The translations under genes were made by a program, and so were the position numbers. Shown piece by piece: positions 36,843 to 50,574 of a stretch of DNA of 64,000 nt (position 1 is its first letter; each line of letters begins with the position of its first letter). Origin of the DNA: Pristiophorus japonicus (taxonomy: Eukaryota); the NCBI RefSeq assembly GCF_044704955.1, contig NC_091981.1, positions 178,002,001-178,066,000 on the forward strand, given 5' to 3'. Below the pieces are notes generated by a model. The model worked only from the letters and a program-made list of their open reading frames with translations, did no database searches and was not told where the DNA came from.

Positions 36843-39800
36843 AAGTAGAGTCAGTTATCAGATTTAATCAATTAAAACCTGATAAAAAAGACTATACGCA
36901 CTCTCCTCGTACCTGTGGTTGCCAAATATAGGCAAGGAAAATAGCTCCGATCACCCTGAGCAGAAAGCTACACATCCTAGTCAAGTTGCTCTAAAGTTAC
37001 AACATAGTTACAGATAAGTTAGCTACAGAAATCTGGTACGAAGTTAAAATCATCTAAACCCTAGTTATGTGAAACCTTTTCCCTTCTTCTCCCAGTCTCT
37101 GCAGCACTGACTAAGTTTCACAGTCAATAACTGGCCTTTAACCACGTCAAGCTTTACTTAAAGCATTGAACTGTTTAACAAGAAAAGAAATTTCACTCAA
37201 ACTATAAAATTGGGAAAGCCATATTTACCGAGGGCTACTTCTCTCCAATCTAGCCCTCAGTACTTACTGATAACATATGCGAGACGGAGTAGAGAGTTAA
37301 TGGAGGCCAATAAATAAATACAATACTTCCATCATCAGTTATTATTGTCAAATAAATTTAGTGTAAAGTGCAGTCATGCTTTCTGGTACAAATCAGTAGT
37401 GGTGGCCTTGGTTTGGCTCTGTAGAAGTCAGGTGAATTTTGTCCAGTTAACACAGTTGATGTGGACACATGTCATTTAGTTTTCTTGATTGTCTTGAATT
37501 CTCATTTATGTAGCCCAACTCCCTAAAGAAATGGCATAGGATGTGATTTAATCAGCTTATCATTGTGCATCTTATCTCACTGTAGAGAACCTAAGGTAGG
37601 CATCGCGTAGGAGATAATTTATTTTAAAAAAGAGATAAAAAGACCAAATTTAAAAGGTCACTAAATGTGGGAGTCAAGAGACAGTTATTGTTTTTTCTGT
37701 TCATCAAAAAGGCTGTATTCTAAATTTCAGCTTGCACAGCATCCTATTTTTCATCCTTTGAAACTCACGAGACTGCATTTAGGTTACTGCCCCAATCACA
37801 ACCTGCTGCATGGTTACAAAGTTCAGAATGCAAAATAATAACTCCATTTATTTGTAATTATTCTGCAATTTAGTTGTCAAACTAAAAAAGGTAGATTGCT
37901 TACGCAACTCTATTTTACATACATTTCATCCTGCAATGCTGATCATTTAATCATAAATTAATTCAACCTGTATAATATATCCATTCAGTATTGTGTATGG
38001 TAAACTTGCAACAATGCACTAGATCAATCAACAGGGCCAACAGGATGTTAAAAGCAGGATCTTGACTGATGCACCTCTAACCAGCAAACTTAAATATTCT
38101 GCCACATTGAACCATCTTGAAGAACGAGACATTCAACAAAAATCAATAGAATATTCAGTGCTCAAAATAACTGCTTGGCACTGCTTTACATAAATGTGAA
38201 ATTTCATTCCTCACAAAGCGAGAGAGGAATTGGTCACCTCGTTTAAAACTGGTTCTACCTTTACTTTCAAACAATTCTTTTTTAAACTAACAATACCAAT
38301 GGACCCACAAATCTCACCCATTATGTTTTCAAAGGAGAGTATTATTTTACACTAAGCTAGCACCACTGTATAACAAGTTGTATTATGTGATTTGATTTGC
38401 TATACGTTTCTACACAAGGGACGCAAGGCAATTATTAAAGATAACAAGTCACCCTGTGCTGCCCTCAACAACATCTCACTCAAAAGGAGCAAAGACTTGA
38501 AATGACCAGCTGTTTTTTTTTAAAGTTGGTAATGGCATGGAGGTGTTCAATGCAGGAAAGAACAATTTTAAATTGTAAAGGAATACTTGTGGAATTAGTC
38601 AACAAAAGCTGGTACTTGTACTATCCTAGATACACATGAAAACCCAAAATCAACAAGCTACTTGAAGTATCAGAGAAAGAAACAAAAAGAAAAAAACCCT
38701 AAAAATTCAAGATAGAAAGAGAGGTCAGTCAACAATTGTAAAGAGAACAGCAAAATCTGAGTATTACAGATAAATGTTTTTTAAAAAGTGTCTCACTCCA
38801 AGATTCCTTTCTTTTAAAAAAAAAGTTGCAAGAATTAAATCTAGATTTGTTTGCCTCTCTTTTTAAAAAAAAAGATTGCTTAAACAGTCAAATTTTGAGG
38901 ATACCAAGGTATTTATTTACCTTGAAAGGTTACGGTTTCTGACTTTGCAAGGGAACTGAAGTAACTTAAACAGCTCCAGAATTGTACATTCTTCCCAGGG
39001 AAATAAGGTTACACCACATCACAACATTCTTGTATATTCCTTTATACTGAACTGTATGGTAGGGTATTTTTTTTTAAAGTGTAAACAGAGCAGGTTTACT
39101 GTGAATCTTTGTTTTTATTTTCCAGAAGCTGGGGCTTTAATGCTAATGCCATTATAATGTTCCTCCTGTGCTATCCCAAGCTAAAACACCTTGCAATAAT
39201 TTTAATAATGTATTACAACCAATTAAAATGTGTCTCATCCTTCCCATTTACACCACAGTTACAGTTTCACTCTTTGGTTTACAGAAAGACATCCCGTGCA
39301 GTTATGCACTTTGTTTGCAGTAAAAGCTCCCAACTCCAGCAGCCTTTTAATGTCAACCACAAGAACTTCCAATTTGTAAGCCAGAATAAGATTGCTATAT
39401 ACACGAGTCATACCAGGGGATTAAATGGCGAGGGGATGAAGCTTGTTAAGCATGTAACATTTAGTATATAAACAAGGGCGGGCAGGCACAGGGGAAAGAG
39501 CGAGCAAGCAAACAAGTGTAAACATTGATAATTAAAATCCAATTAAACAGCAGTGCATTGGCAATTATAAATATAAGAATGCAGAGGAAGGATTATTGGA
39601 CTAATCAAGAGGAAGCTCAAGGATAATTCATTTGATAACCTAATAAACAGCAGTCAATACTCCTTCAGATATGGATAAGTGAGAGTTATTGCATACGAAA
39701 CTTATGTATCCTATTGAATGGCACTGAGTTAGACAAAAGTGAAGCTGAAAGAGTTGTAGGAGCTGATATGGCACTTAATAGCGATCGACAAAGCAAATAA

Positions 39801-40324
39801 AATACTGAATTATACTACTAACTCAGTAAAGTAGGACATCATTTAAAAACTAGTGTGCTTTGGTCAGTCCACATTTTCAGCGCTGTGTCCAGTTTTGGCT
39901 GCTGAGACACAACTACGGTCATTGAGAGCTTCCAACATTTTGTTTTCATTTAAAACATTTCAAGTCCAGGAGGTGCTGCGGAGAAGAGACCCAAGATAGA
40001 TCCATGAAAGAACAGAATTCTAAGAAAAGACTGGAAAAGCTTGGGCTTTTCAACTCTCAAAATAAGCAACTGAGGGGGGACCTTGGGAGGTACAGAATAT
40101 GATGAACAATATATAAAAAAGGTAAACCTAGTACTACTTCAAGGTAACCCAACAGCAGGACAAGGGGCTACAGATGCCAAGAAGTTGTCCTTCATTTCCA
40201 GGTAGGGTAGTGGAAGCACAAACCTGAAGATCACTTACAACAATTGGATTCTGACAGAAGGTTTTCTGATATGGATGAGCCAAGAAGGCAGAATGTTTTC
40301 CTCATCCATAATTATCCTGTGATT

Positions 40325-41080
40325 AGCCGTGTCGGCCATGGTTCAGTTGGTAGCACCCTTGCCCGAGTCAGAAGGTTGTGGGTTCAAGTCCCACTCCAGG
40401 AGACTTTAGCACAAAAATCTAGGCTGACACTCCAGTGCAGTATTGAGGGAGTGCTGCACTGCTGCAGATGCTGTCTTTTTGATGAGACATTAAACCGAGG
40501 CCCCATTTCCTTTCTCAGGTGGACGTAAAAGATCCCATGGCACTATTTCGAAGAGAGGGGAGTTATCCCCGGTGTCCTGGCCAATATTTATCACAAAGAG
40601 ATTATTTGGTCATTATCACATTGCTATTTGTTAAGTGCAAATTGGCTGCCACTTTTCCTACATCATCATATGCAGTCCCTCGAAATCGAGGAAGACTTGC
40701 TTCCGCTCTAAAAGAGAGTTCTTAGGTGGCTGTACAGTCCAATACAAGAACCACAATCCCCGTCACAGGTGGGACAGATAGTCGTTGAGAAAGGGTGGGC
40801 AGGACTGGTTTGCCGCACGCTCTTTCCGCTGCCTGGGCTTGATTTCTGCATGCTCTCGGCGATGAGACTCGAGGTGCTCAGCGCCCTCCCAGATGAACCA
40901 GGTGTCGGTGGGGATGCTGCACTTTATCAGGGAGGCTTTGAGGGTGTCCTTGTAATGTTTCCTCTGCCCACCTTTGGCTCGCTTGCCATGCAACAGTGAC
41001 TACACTTCAAAAGTATTTAATTGGCTGTAAAGCTCTTTGGGACGTCATGAGGTCATGAAAAGCGCTATACACATGCAAGT
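40325..41080 (+). mobile_element. tRNA-headed Deu-domain SINE (SacSINE1/AmnSINE1-like), interrupted by an RTE tail
   Basis: A/B boxes (tggttcagttggtagc; gggttcaagtccc), Deu core gatgagacattaaaccgaggcccc...gtaaaagatcccatggcactatttcgaagag, and an L2-like tail. Confidence 0.8.
40663..40990 (-). mobile_element. RTE-clade LINE 3' end nested in the SINE
   Basis: HGKRAKGGQRKHYKDTLKASLIKCSIPTDTW and a (cat)n tail. Confidence 0.8.
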
Positions 41081-42464
41081 GTGTGTGTGATTTTTAAAAA
41101 AAAGTTGCATTAGCAGTTTGAGAGCACAGGCTCTGCAGTACCAGAGGCAAACCCTTGCAAATTTACTTGCACAGCGAAATCATGAGATAAATGTACAGGG
41201 ACAATGCACTTCAGATAACAAAGAGTGGGTGGATCTAAAAAGTAACTATTCACTATTGCTTCTCTTTGATCTTGTGCTTGTGTGTTTCTATTCCAATTAC
41301 AAACTCGAGTATCATTAGATTTTATGCGTTCTAAGCTGACGGTTTAATGCTGTAACTAAGTTGTTTATATATACACAAACAAAATATACTCCTGCAGATT
41401 TCGGTTTGATCTGACATTTACTACATTTTAATTATGGCATTCTCTGCAGTCTCCTATTGGAGGCTACTCTAGAGCAGTATGTGCAGATATCAACAGGTCA
41501 CACTTTTAACTAAGGACCATAAGCCATTATCTCATCAATATATCCAATGGGACTCAAGAACTTCAATTCACCCCCTCTTCGTGCACTGTAAAGTACTATT
41601 ACATGCAAGAAAGTCAATATATCCCTCTACTTTCTAAATGAAACATTTCACGTAAGTGACTAAACTTCAATTACAGCAACCTCGAGTAGTTCTTCCTCAC
41701 AAAAAGGGGGAAACAATGGGCACAGGACAGATCTGTTGGGAATAGCATTATCAGAAAGAGTTTTTCTTTATAGCTAGTGACCATGACTACAGGCTACACT
41801 GTTCACCATCCTCTTCCAATTATTTAAAGAAAACAAAAATATCAAATCGTTACCAATAAAGACATATCTTGGCTACTTCCCACTGCAAACACTTTTGACT
41901 TCACTTTGGAACATCAAGACCGGAATTTGATTTTGCTCAGTAGAAAAACTACCAGGTGGGCCTATTGTGTTTCACTAAAGCACCAGAGATTATCAGAGGT
42001 CTTGGACCTACCGAAAAAGCAGCTCAGCTCAGAATGTGTTTGTTTTAAAGAGAAAAAGGAGGGGATCTTCATTTTCTAATGAAGGTAAAATATGCAGAAC
42101 AAGGCATAAATCTGGTGAGTTACTGTACAATACAGCACTAGCATAAACACAACAGTGAGGGGAATCTGAATGAACACTAGTGAAATTCACTCATTAACCT
42201 GAGTGCCTTTAGCATCAATGGGTATATTAATGCAGCTCCGTCATACCATCAGGTTCAGGAATTATTCAAAGCCAGTACACGCAATGATGTCATCAGCAAT
42301 CACTGTTTAATAAACAATCAAAAAAATGGAGTGTGAAATGTGAAGGATGTTATAGGGATTAGGATATTAATAACACACATTGACCGATTTTACAGTAATG
42401 CAATCACACATAGCTAGAAGAATGAAAATTGTGCTGTGATTCAGTGTCCATAGGGTGCACTTAC

Positions 42465-42566
42465 ACTTTAAGCCCAGGAGAATCCTCCGTGTAGAAGCGC
42501 CACATACCCCCAGTGCCCGTCGAGGTGGTTCGACCAGCACGGCTCACTGCACTACTGGTAGCTTTC
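42465..42566 (-). CDS. SEC61B: Sec61 translocon subunit beta, coding exon 3
   Basis: ctcacag| (R)[33 protein letters not shown](V) |gtaagt; 102 nt, with phases compatible with exons 2 and 4. Confidence 0.97.
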
Positions 42567-43624
42567 CTGTGAGGGAGGGGGAAAACAGACATTAGCTGCA
42601 TTTCATACTATAAACCCCTTACTATGCACTGCAATCAGGGACAGTATTTTGTTAGCAGGAACCTCCTTTTACCCAAGATTATAATAATTTTAAACAGATC
42701 CAATTAAAATCATTTCTGGCAGTAGAAGGTGAATTTCCTTACTGGGTGTTCAGAATCCTTATCTTCACAAACTGTCTTTTTCTTAAAACTTTTCTCCCCA
42801 ACCCAAATAGTACAGTAGAAAATGTAAAAACACATACATGGAATATTCCTTCACCCCCTAACAAGTAGCCCCCGTTTCTGGATAAAAATAAAGCTCTACT
42901 CAAAACACTATTTTAAGAACAGAGGTTGGCACTAAAGCTCAAGACTCTTAAAAGCTAAAAGTTTGCAAGTGCAAGAACAGATGACAATGCTGAACAGCCG
43001 TGCTCTCACATGCAGTGCAGTGGAGCCAGATGGGGTATATTTGAATGGGGCTTCATTCTATTCCCATCTTGGACATGGAGAATGTGGCACCTGGGTAGTT
43101 TCGTCACTTTCCGTCATGTAGGGTCAAATGGGGCAAGTGCAGTCCCGTCCAGGCCACCCACTCGACTGCAGGTATTTGGCGAAGCTAATGAAGAAATGGG
43201 GATTAAAAATATAAAAAGAAACCAGGTTTTGGGGGGGGGGGGGGCACCACCCAAATATCCTCATTAAAACTCAGTTTTATAATGAAAAATAAAAATTTAT
43301 GGGCAGATCGTGTGACAAGTTTGCTATTTCAAGATGACATTAGGGACCGACATTTTTAGACAAAATGATGTAGCAGGTCAACAATATTAAGCAGTTTAAG
43401 ACCTAGGAATAGACCGCTGGGTATTGGATAGAAGGCAATATTGAGGGTCCTAGTGGTTTAGAACAATCATCTTAACACAGCCTTGAAAACACTCCCTGTT
43501 GTCTTATTTATAATATACCTTTTTAATGTGTGTGAATGTAAATTTTAATCTGTATTTTTCTCTTTTTAAAAACTTGAATTCTCAGCAAGATAGATTCACA
43601 TATTTTATGAAACTGTATATTTCC

Positions 43625-43972
43625 ACATGCATGTGTGGCAGCCATTGTATACTGTGATTGGCCCAGGGGCAGGACAGGCCAGCCCACATTGCAATATGTG
43701 TGCGCACTTGGTCCGTGCAGTAGAGCTGGTCTCCAGTCGTCTTGGGTAATCCTTGCCACTGGACCAAGACCTAGCTCTGTCAAGCCCATGTGGTGGCTGG
43801 TGTGCAATGGCCATCACACGTTAAAAAAATCCACGCACCGGCATCTTCCACCCTTCAGGATTTAGTTTGGGACCTGGAATATTTGGTCCTTCACTGAAAC
43901 ACCTGTGAACTCATCCCTTTTTGGCGTGAAAGCAAGTCATCCTCAATACGAGGGACCGCCCATGATGATGAT
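43625..43972 (+). mobile_element. Short non-autonomous RTE-related element (bipartite/SINE-like)
   Basis: Ends ...aagcaagtcatcctcaatacgagggaccgcccatgatgatgat, the same 3' end as the RTE tails, but has no coding remnant. Its 3' part recurs inverted at about 49369-49477. Confidence 0.6.
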
Positions 43973-43989
43973 AACATTTTGACTGTATG

Positions 43990-44350
43990 ATGTTTGCAGA
44001 TGGATGACATTGATAGGTCCAGGTTTCTGTGACTGCTTACTCTGGGAGTAATGTGGGTCACAGGGTTGAGGCAGCTGGTTTTGTCTGGTTTCCAGAGGTC
44101 AATTAGGCCTGGGGACCAAGGAGTGGGAAAGACCCTGCATACTGGTGGTCATGTTGGTTGAAGTCATTCCCCTACTACACCCAGATCCAAATAATTGTGG
44201 CCTGGTCGCTAGCTTCCAAGTAAAGGTCATGGCGGGAATGGAGATCGGGACCTCCCCATCAACACTGTACAGCTTACCATTCACAACATACCAAAGCAAA
44301 CCAAAAACACCCCATTGCCACTGCAGCCCTCTCAATCTGGAGGGAGGATT
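43990..44350 (-). mobile_element. Old LINE APE endonuclease remnant
   Basis: Minus strand shows an NDFNQH (GDFN-like) motif; heavily degraded. Confidence 0.35.
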
Positions 44351-44593
44351 GTGCCTTGGACGATCCCACTGGGTCGAATACCTACCTCCTCAATCCCAGG
44401 AAGATTTACTTCAGCGATATTCACAGCCTGGTGTCGCAAAGGGATCACCAGGTTAGTTCAGATCCTCTAGGGAGGGCCTGGTTATCCCTTTCCATCACCT
44501 AACAGGCAAATTCCTCCATTCCCAGCATGACAAAGACCACTATCAGCAGATGAAGCACCATCTCCAGAACCCTGCAATACTTTGCAGACATAA

Positions 44594-45299
44594 TGCCTTG
44601 AAATTGCCTCCTCTTTTGGTGTGTGCAATGTGCGCACGCATCCAAAGAGGCCCCACAAGTGCCGGTTCTCGGCACGCGATGCGCATGCGCCAAGAACTGG
44701 CACTTGCGATCTGTTAAAATGTCTTTTGACAGTTCCAACGCATCCCCAGGAGAAGGACAGTCGTGGGCTTTTTGTCCCAACTCCTGCCCAGCGAATGTCC
44801 TTCAAACTCTTGCGCCTGAGAAAAGCAGGCATATAGCCTGCTTTTACCAGCATGAGAGTTTTAAAAGATAGAAAAATAAAATTAATAATTTTATTAAAAA
44901 TCCTGTCCATTAAGGTAAGTTTATTTTTCCCCCTATTAAAACATTAAAAAAAATACTGTCTAAAACATTTAATTAAATTCAATTGAAATTAATTTAAAAT
45001 ATGTGAAGTGTTTTTCTTATTTATTTAAAATAGTGTGTTTTTGGGGTTATCCCTATTCATAGAAATAGTGATCAGCAATACAGTGAATGGGAATACTCCA
45101 TTTTAAATGGTGGTCTGGCCCACGTGATCCCAGGCTGCATATACTCTCCTGGAATACGTGGGCTCCTACGCTAGACTGCGAATGGAGGCCTTGGAGCACA
45201 AGTCTACATTCCTCCGGGACCATCGGTACTTTCGTTTAAAAAAAAAAGTTAGTCGGAGGCATCCGCCCGCAGGAAGCCTCTGACTGCAATTTCTGGGCC
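44594..45299. mobile_element. Harbinger-like MITE
   Basis: Imperfect TIRs TGCCTTGAAATTGC / GGCCCAGAAATTGC (reverse complement), CpG-rich subtermini and an AT-rich core. Confidence 0.5.
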
Positions 45300-46020
45300 A
45301 TTGAGTGTCAACCACCCAGGACTCATCCTCCTTTCTCCAACAGTCACTTGCATCAGGATTTGCTGCTGTTCAGTAATTTACACCAAGAACATGTGGAAGT
45401 GCAGTGACTAAATAGCACACAACATATTTAAACTCTGTCTAATGTGGCATGCATTTATCAAGCATATAAAATTTGCACGAATAGCTTGCCAAAATGCTGC
45501 TGCATCAATTGATTTGCGCACCTGTGTTTCAGACAACATTGGAAGAAACTAAGAAAAAAAATAGTCTGCACGATGTGAAGCTCCCTGTAATGTGACAGGC
45601 ATTCCAAGAGTCCTGTGAATCTAAACTAATCTTGTATCACCTGCACACATTCCGCTGGGGTACAATAACGCAATCCCTATTCAAAGTTCGCTACTGATAC
45701 AAACAGAAAAGTTTGATTACATTGTTGTCATAAGGTGTTCAGGCTTTAGATCAGCAAGTAATAAAAGATGAAGCTCAAATTACCAATTTCCATCAATTTT
45801 GTATTTTGGAATTGTTTGCACAGTGCAAAATCTATTATGAGCAATTATTAAACTGAAGAGAGTGACAGACAGCACAGTGCTTTTTCTTGCAGCATAGCAT
45901 AGTGGAGGGCCACAGATATGATACTAAACTCCCAAGCACAGGCAAGGCATCATTTTTTTGGAAGTGGGGAGGGGGGGGTGAGGAAAGGGTGGTAAAAAAA
46001 AGAGATAAAGATAGGAGGCC

Positions 46021-48154
46021 AAGTTAAGAGGCAAAATTAAAAAGGATATTAGGAATGTTAACAGAGAACACGAGAAATTCTTGGCCAGTAAAATTAAGGA
46101 AAACCCCAAGATGTTCGATAAATATATTAAGAGTAAGAGTAACTAAAGAAAGGGTAGGGCCTATTAGAGATCATGAGGGTAATCTTTGCGTGGAGGTAGA
46201 AGATGTTGGGAGGGTTCTTAACGAATACTTTGCATCTGTTTTCACAAAGGAAAGGGGCAATGCAGATACTGCTATCGAGGAGGAGTGTGATGTTCTGGAT
46301 GAAATAAATATAGAGAGAGAGGAAATATTAAGGGATTTAGCAGCTTTGAAAGTAGATAAGTCCCCAGGCCCGGATGAAATGCATCCAAGGCTGTTGAGCG
46401 AAGTAAAAGGAAGAAATAGCAGAGGCCTTGACCATTATTTTCCAGTCCTCTTTGGATCTGGGCATGGTGCCGGAGAATTGGAGGACCGCTAATGTAGTAC
46501 CCTTGTTTAAGGGGGGGGAAGAAAGGGATAGGCCAATTACAGGCCGGTCAGCCTAACCTCAGTGGTGGGAAAATTATTGGAAAAAAATCCTGAAAGACAG
46601 GATAAATCTGCATTTGGAAAGGCAAGGATAAATTAGGGATAGTCAGCACAGATTTGTTAAGGGAAGATCGTGTCTGACTAACCTGATCGAATTTTGTGAG
46701 GAGGTAACCAAGAGGGTCAATAGATGGACTTTAGTAAAGCTTTTGATAAGGTCCCACATGGTAGACTGGTCATGAAGGTTAAAGCCCATGGGATACAGGG
46801 CAAAGTGTCAAGTTGGATTCAAAATTGGCTTGGAGGTAGGAAGCAAAGGGTAATGATTGATGGATGTTTTTGTGACTGGAAGGATGTTTCCAGTGGGGTT
46901 CTGCAGGGCTCAGTACTGGGTCCCTTGCTTTTTGTGGTATACATCAATGATCTAGATTTGAATATAGGGAGTATGATTAAGAAGTTTGCAGACAACACTA
47001 AAATTGGCTGTGTGGTTGATAATGAAGAGGAAAGTCATGAGCTGCAGAAGGATATCAATCTACTGGTCTGGTGGACAGAGCAGTGACAAATGGAATTTAA
47101 TTCAGAGAAGTATGAGGTGATGCACTTTGGGAGGGCCAATAAGGAAAGGGTATACACATTAAGTGGTAGGCCACTTAATAGTGTAGATGAACAAAGGGAC
47201 CTTGGAGTGCTTGTCCACAAATCCCTGAAAGTAGCAGGCCAGGTGGATAAGGTGGTTAAGAAGGCATACGGAATGCTTGCTTTTATTGGCCAAGGCATAG
47301 AATACAAGAGCAGGGAGGTTATGCTTAAATTGTATACTATTTTGGTTAGGCCACAGCTGGAGTATTGCGTGCAGGTCTGGTCGCCGTATTATAGGAAGGA
47401 CGTGATTGCACTAGAGGAGGATGCAGAGGAGATTTACTAGGATACTGCCTGGAATAGAGAATCTTAGTTATGAGGACAGAGTGGGTTTGTTCTCATTGGA
47501 ACAGAGGAGGTTGAGGGGAGACCTCACTGAAGTGTACAAAATATTGAGGGGCCTGGACATAGTGGATAGTAAGGGTCTATTACAAGGGGGCATAGTTTTA
47601 AGGTGGTTGGTTGAAGGTTTAGAGGGGATTAGAGGGGGTGCTTCTTTATGCAGAGGGTTGTGGGGATCTGGAACTCGCTGCCTGGAAGAGTGGTGGATGC
47701 AGAAACCCTCACCACTTTTAAGAGATGGTTGGATGGGCACTTAAAGTGCAGTAACCTGCAGGGTTACGGACCTAGAGCTAGTAGCCGGGATTAAACTGGA
47801 TGACCTTTTGTTGGACGGAGCAGATATAATGGTAAGTACTGCAGGGAATAGAATACATCTAGCGTGATCTCCTGGACTAGTTTCGATCGCCTGGATGGGT
47901 CAGAGAGGAATTTTCCCAGATTTTTTCTCCCTAAATTGGCCTGGGTTTTTAAAATCTGATTTTTGCCTCTCCCAGGAGATCACATGGCTCCAGTTGGAGT
48001 GGAGTATAGAATGTTTTAGTATAAGGGGTGTCGCAATTTTGGTGAGGCGGATTGGTTGGGCTGGGTGCTCTTTGCCTTTCCGTCATTGTTCATAAGTTTA
48101 TATGTAACCTTTAGGGCTGCTGACCAAGGGCCGTGTGGTTCTGTGTCAGCCTGC
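46021..48154 (+). mobile_element. 5'-truncated CR1 LINE, same subfamily as 10950-14061
   Basis: Nearly colinear with about 11849-14061, including the long 3' UTR. RT motifs MDFSKAFDKVPH and QGSVLGPLLF. Confidence 0.9.
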
Positions 48155-49294
48155 ATGGACAGGATGGGCCAGAATGGCCGCCTTCTGCGCTGTAAATTTC
48201 TATAATGTTTCTAAGTCACTGCCAAGCAACTCAAACACCTCCTAGTGGCTAAGAGCAGTATTGGTGATGGTGGTGCATCACCTCCCAGCCCAGCCAGCAG
48301 TTGGTACATGGCCAAGCAAGGCAGACTGAGGAGGGGGAAGGGTGTTGAGAAAGACTAAATTCCTGAAAGGGATACATATACTTGGAGAAAAAAAAATGCC
48401 AGCTTCATATTTCCAGAGTTCAATACAAATTCTAATAGTGTTCACATTGTGCACTAAAATTGAGAATGGATATTCAACTAATTGAAGTCAGTTTTCAGTA
48501 GCTCTTTGCTCTTTTCAAGGGAGTGGAAATTGTCTGCAGGTATAAATTGAAGCCTGAGGCTTCTTCCTATTATGAAGCACGTTAACTGAATTAATACGGC
48601 CTGTATTGGAGGACCAAACAGCAAACGTAGTGAGTAAATGGTGTCAGAAATGACCAAGAGTTACAATACCCAACATTGCAGGGCTTTATTACATACTATG
48701 GGGCATTTCTGTAATTCAAAGTACAATGGCTTGCTTGACTTGTAGCTAGAAATTAATATTTGTTTTATTGAATCTTTGAGCAGATTTTTTTTTAAATAAA
48801 AGGACTGACGAGACCAAAATGTGTTTTTTTAAAAAATATAATTATATTTGTGCCAAATTTTGACATTGAAGCCTCTACAAGACAAGGAGTTCACCGAAAA
48901 ATGCCTGGTTTTCAAAATTAAAATATGTAATTTCTGACAATGCAATTTTGTTAACAGCAATGAAAAAAAAGCTAATCACAATGTACAATATTAATGATCC
49001 TTTAACACTTCAAGCAGCTAACTAACCACTTGTTGAAACTTGTTAATCCAACCATTGAGTGAACTACTTGTGGTTAAAACAACTAAAGATCAACAAAGCA
49101 AAGCACGACTCAATGATAAGTGCCTATAAATCACTGGAAAACTCTGATGCAGTAACGTAACTGTGTTGTTGGATTCCCAGTGCCTGGGCTAATACAGCTA
49201 TAACTTGAGTCGTATGCCTCTTATGGCCTCCACATATACAAACAGATAATACATCCATATTCTCAGATCAGAAAACTCCTATGCTCTATTTACT

Positions 49295-49870
49295 TATGTT
49301 CTTATGTTCTAAGAACTAGGAACAGGAGTAGGCCATACGACCCATCGAGCCTACTCCGCCATTCAATATCGGCAGTCCCTCGAAGCGAGGATGACTTGCT
49401 TCCACGCCAAAAAGGGATGAGTTCACAGGTGTTTCAATGAAGGACCTAATATTCCAGATCCTGAACTACATCTTATAAGATCATGGCTGATCTGATCATG
49501 GATTCAGCTCTACTTCCCTGCCCGCTCCCCATAACCCCTTATCGTTTAAGAAACTGTCTATTTCTGTCTTAAATTTATTCAATGTCTCAGCTTCCACAGC
49601 TCTCTGAGGCAGCAAATTCCACAGATTTACAACGCGAAGAAATTTCTCCTCATCTGTGTCTTAAATGGGCGGTCCCTTATTCTAACATCATGCCTTCTGG
49701 TTCTAGTCTGCCCATCAGTGGAAACATCCTCTCTGCATCCAGCTTGTCAAGCCCCCTCAATCTTATACGTTTCGATAAGATCACCTCTCATTCTTCTGAA
49801 TTCCAGTGAGTAGAGGCCCAACCTACTCAACCTTTCCTCATAAGTCAACTCCCTCATCTCCGGAATCAGC
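49295..49870 (-). mobile_element. CR1 3' end (minus) with a nested RTE-related tail at about 49369-49477
   Basis: aggagtaggccatacgacccatcgagcctactccgccattcaata|...|agatcatggctgatctg is the reverse complement of the CR1 tail. Confidence 0.75.
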
Positions 49871-50574
49871 TCTATGATCATTAAGTTTCCCCCTCATTAA
49901 GCTCATTAAATGCTGGGCTGAGCTGAAGTAAAATAATCACTTTTTGATTTCACTGTGTAGTTCGAAATGCTACACAAGTTCATTGTTAAGGATTTTTAAT
50001 AAGTATAAATTAGGCCTTTTCTTCTCAGAAATGTGCACGAATCACCAATTAGTATTTTCTCTAGACTACTTTTTACTTGTATGAAAATTTTCATCAAAAT
50101 TAAGAGGGAGGAAGTTCAGGTCCATCTGCGAGGGATGAGAAACATTGAAAAGATTTGCAAACTTTTCAATGGTTCTAAAGTTTGATTTTACAGACAGACA
50201 TTCTACAATTTGTATTTTATCCAACTAAATATTAACATATCACAAGTTGCACAATTTCAAACATTTATAAGTATTCCAAAAAAATCATGCACTAATTTCA
50301 AAAAAACAATATCGGCATTTATTGATATATCAATGTTTTCTCTATTTCACAGTATCGTCCTCTACAAGTCAACATTTTATATAAATTGATTTTCCTCAAA
50401 GCTAAAATGCTTTAACACAACATACTAATGTTCTTACACTTCTATCAAAGAACTGGTTTAGCTATTCAGATCACTTTAATTGTTAAACAGTAATGCATTT
50501 AGTTCCAACTGTATAACACACCAGTAAATCAAGTTCCACATAACTGTCACAATTCACTAACTTTTCTATAATAT

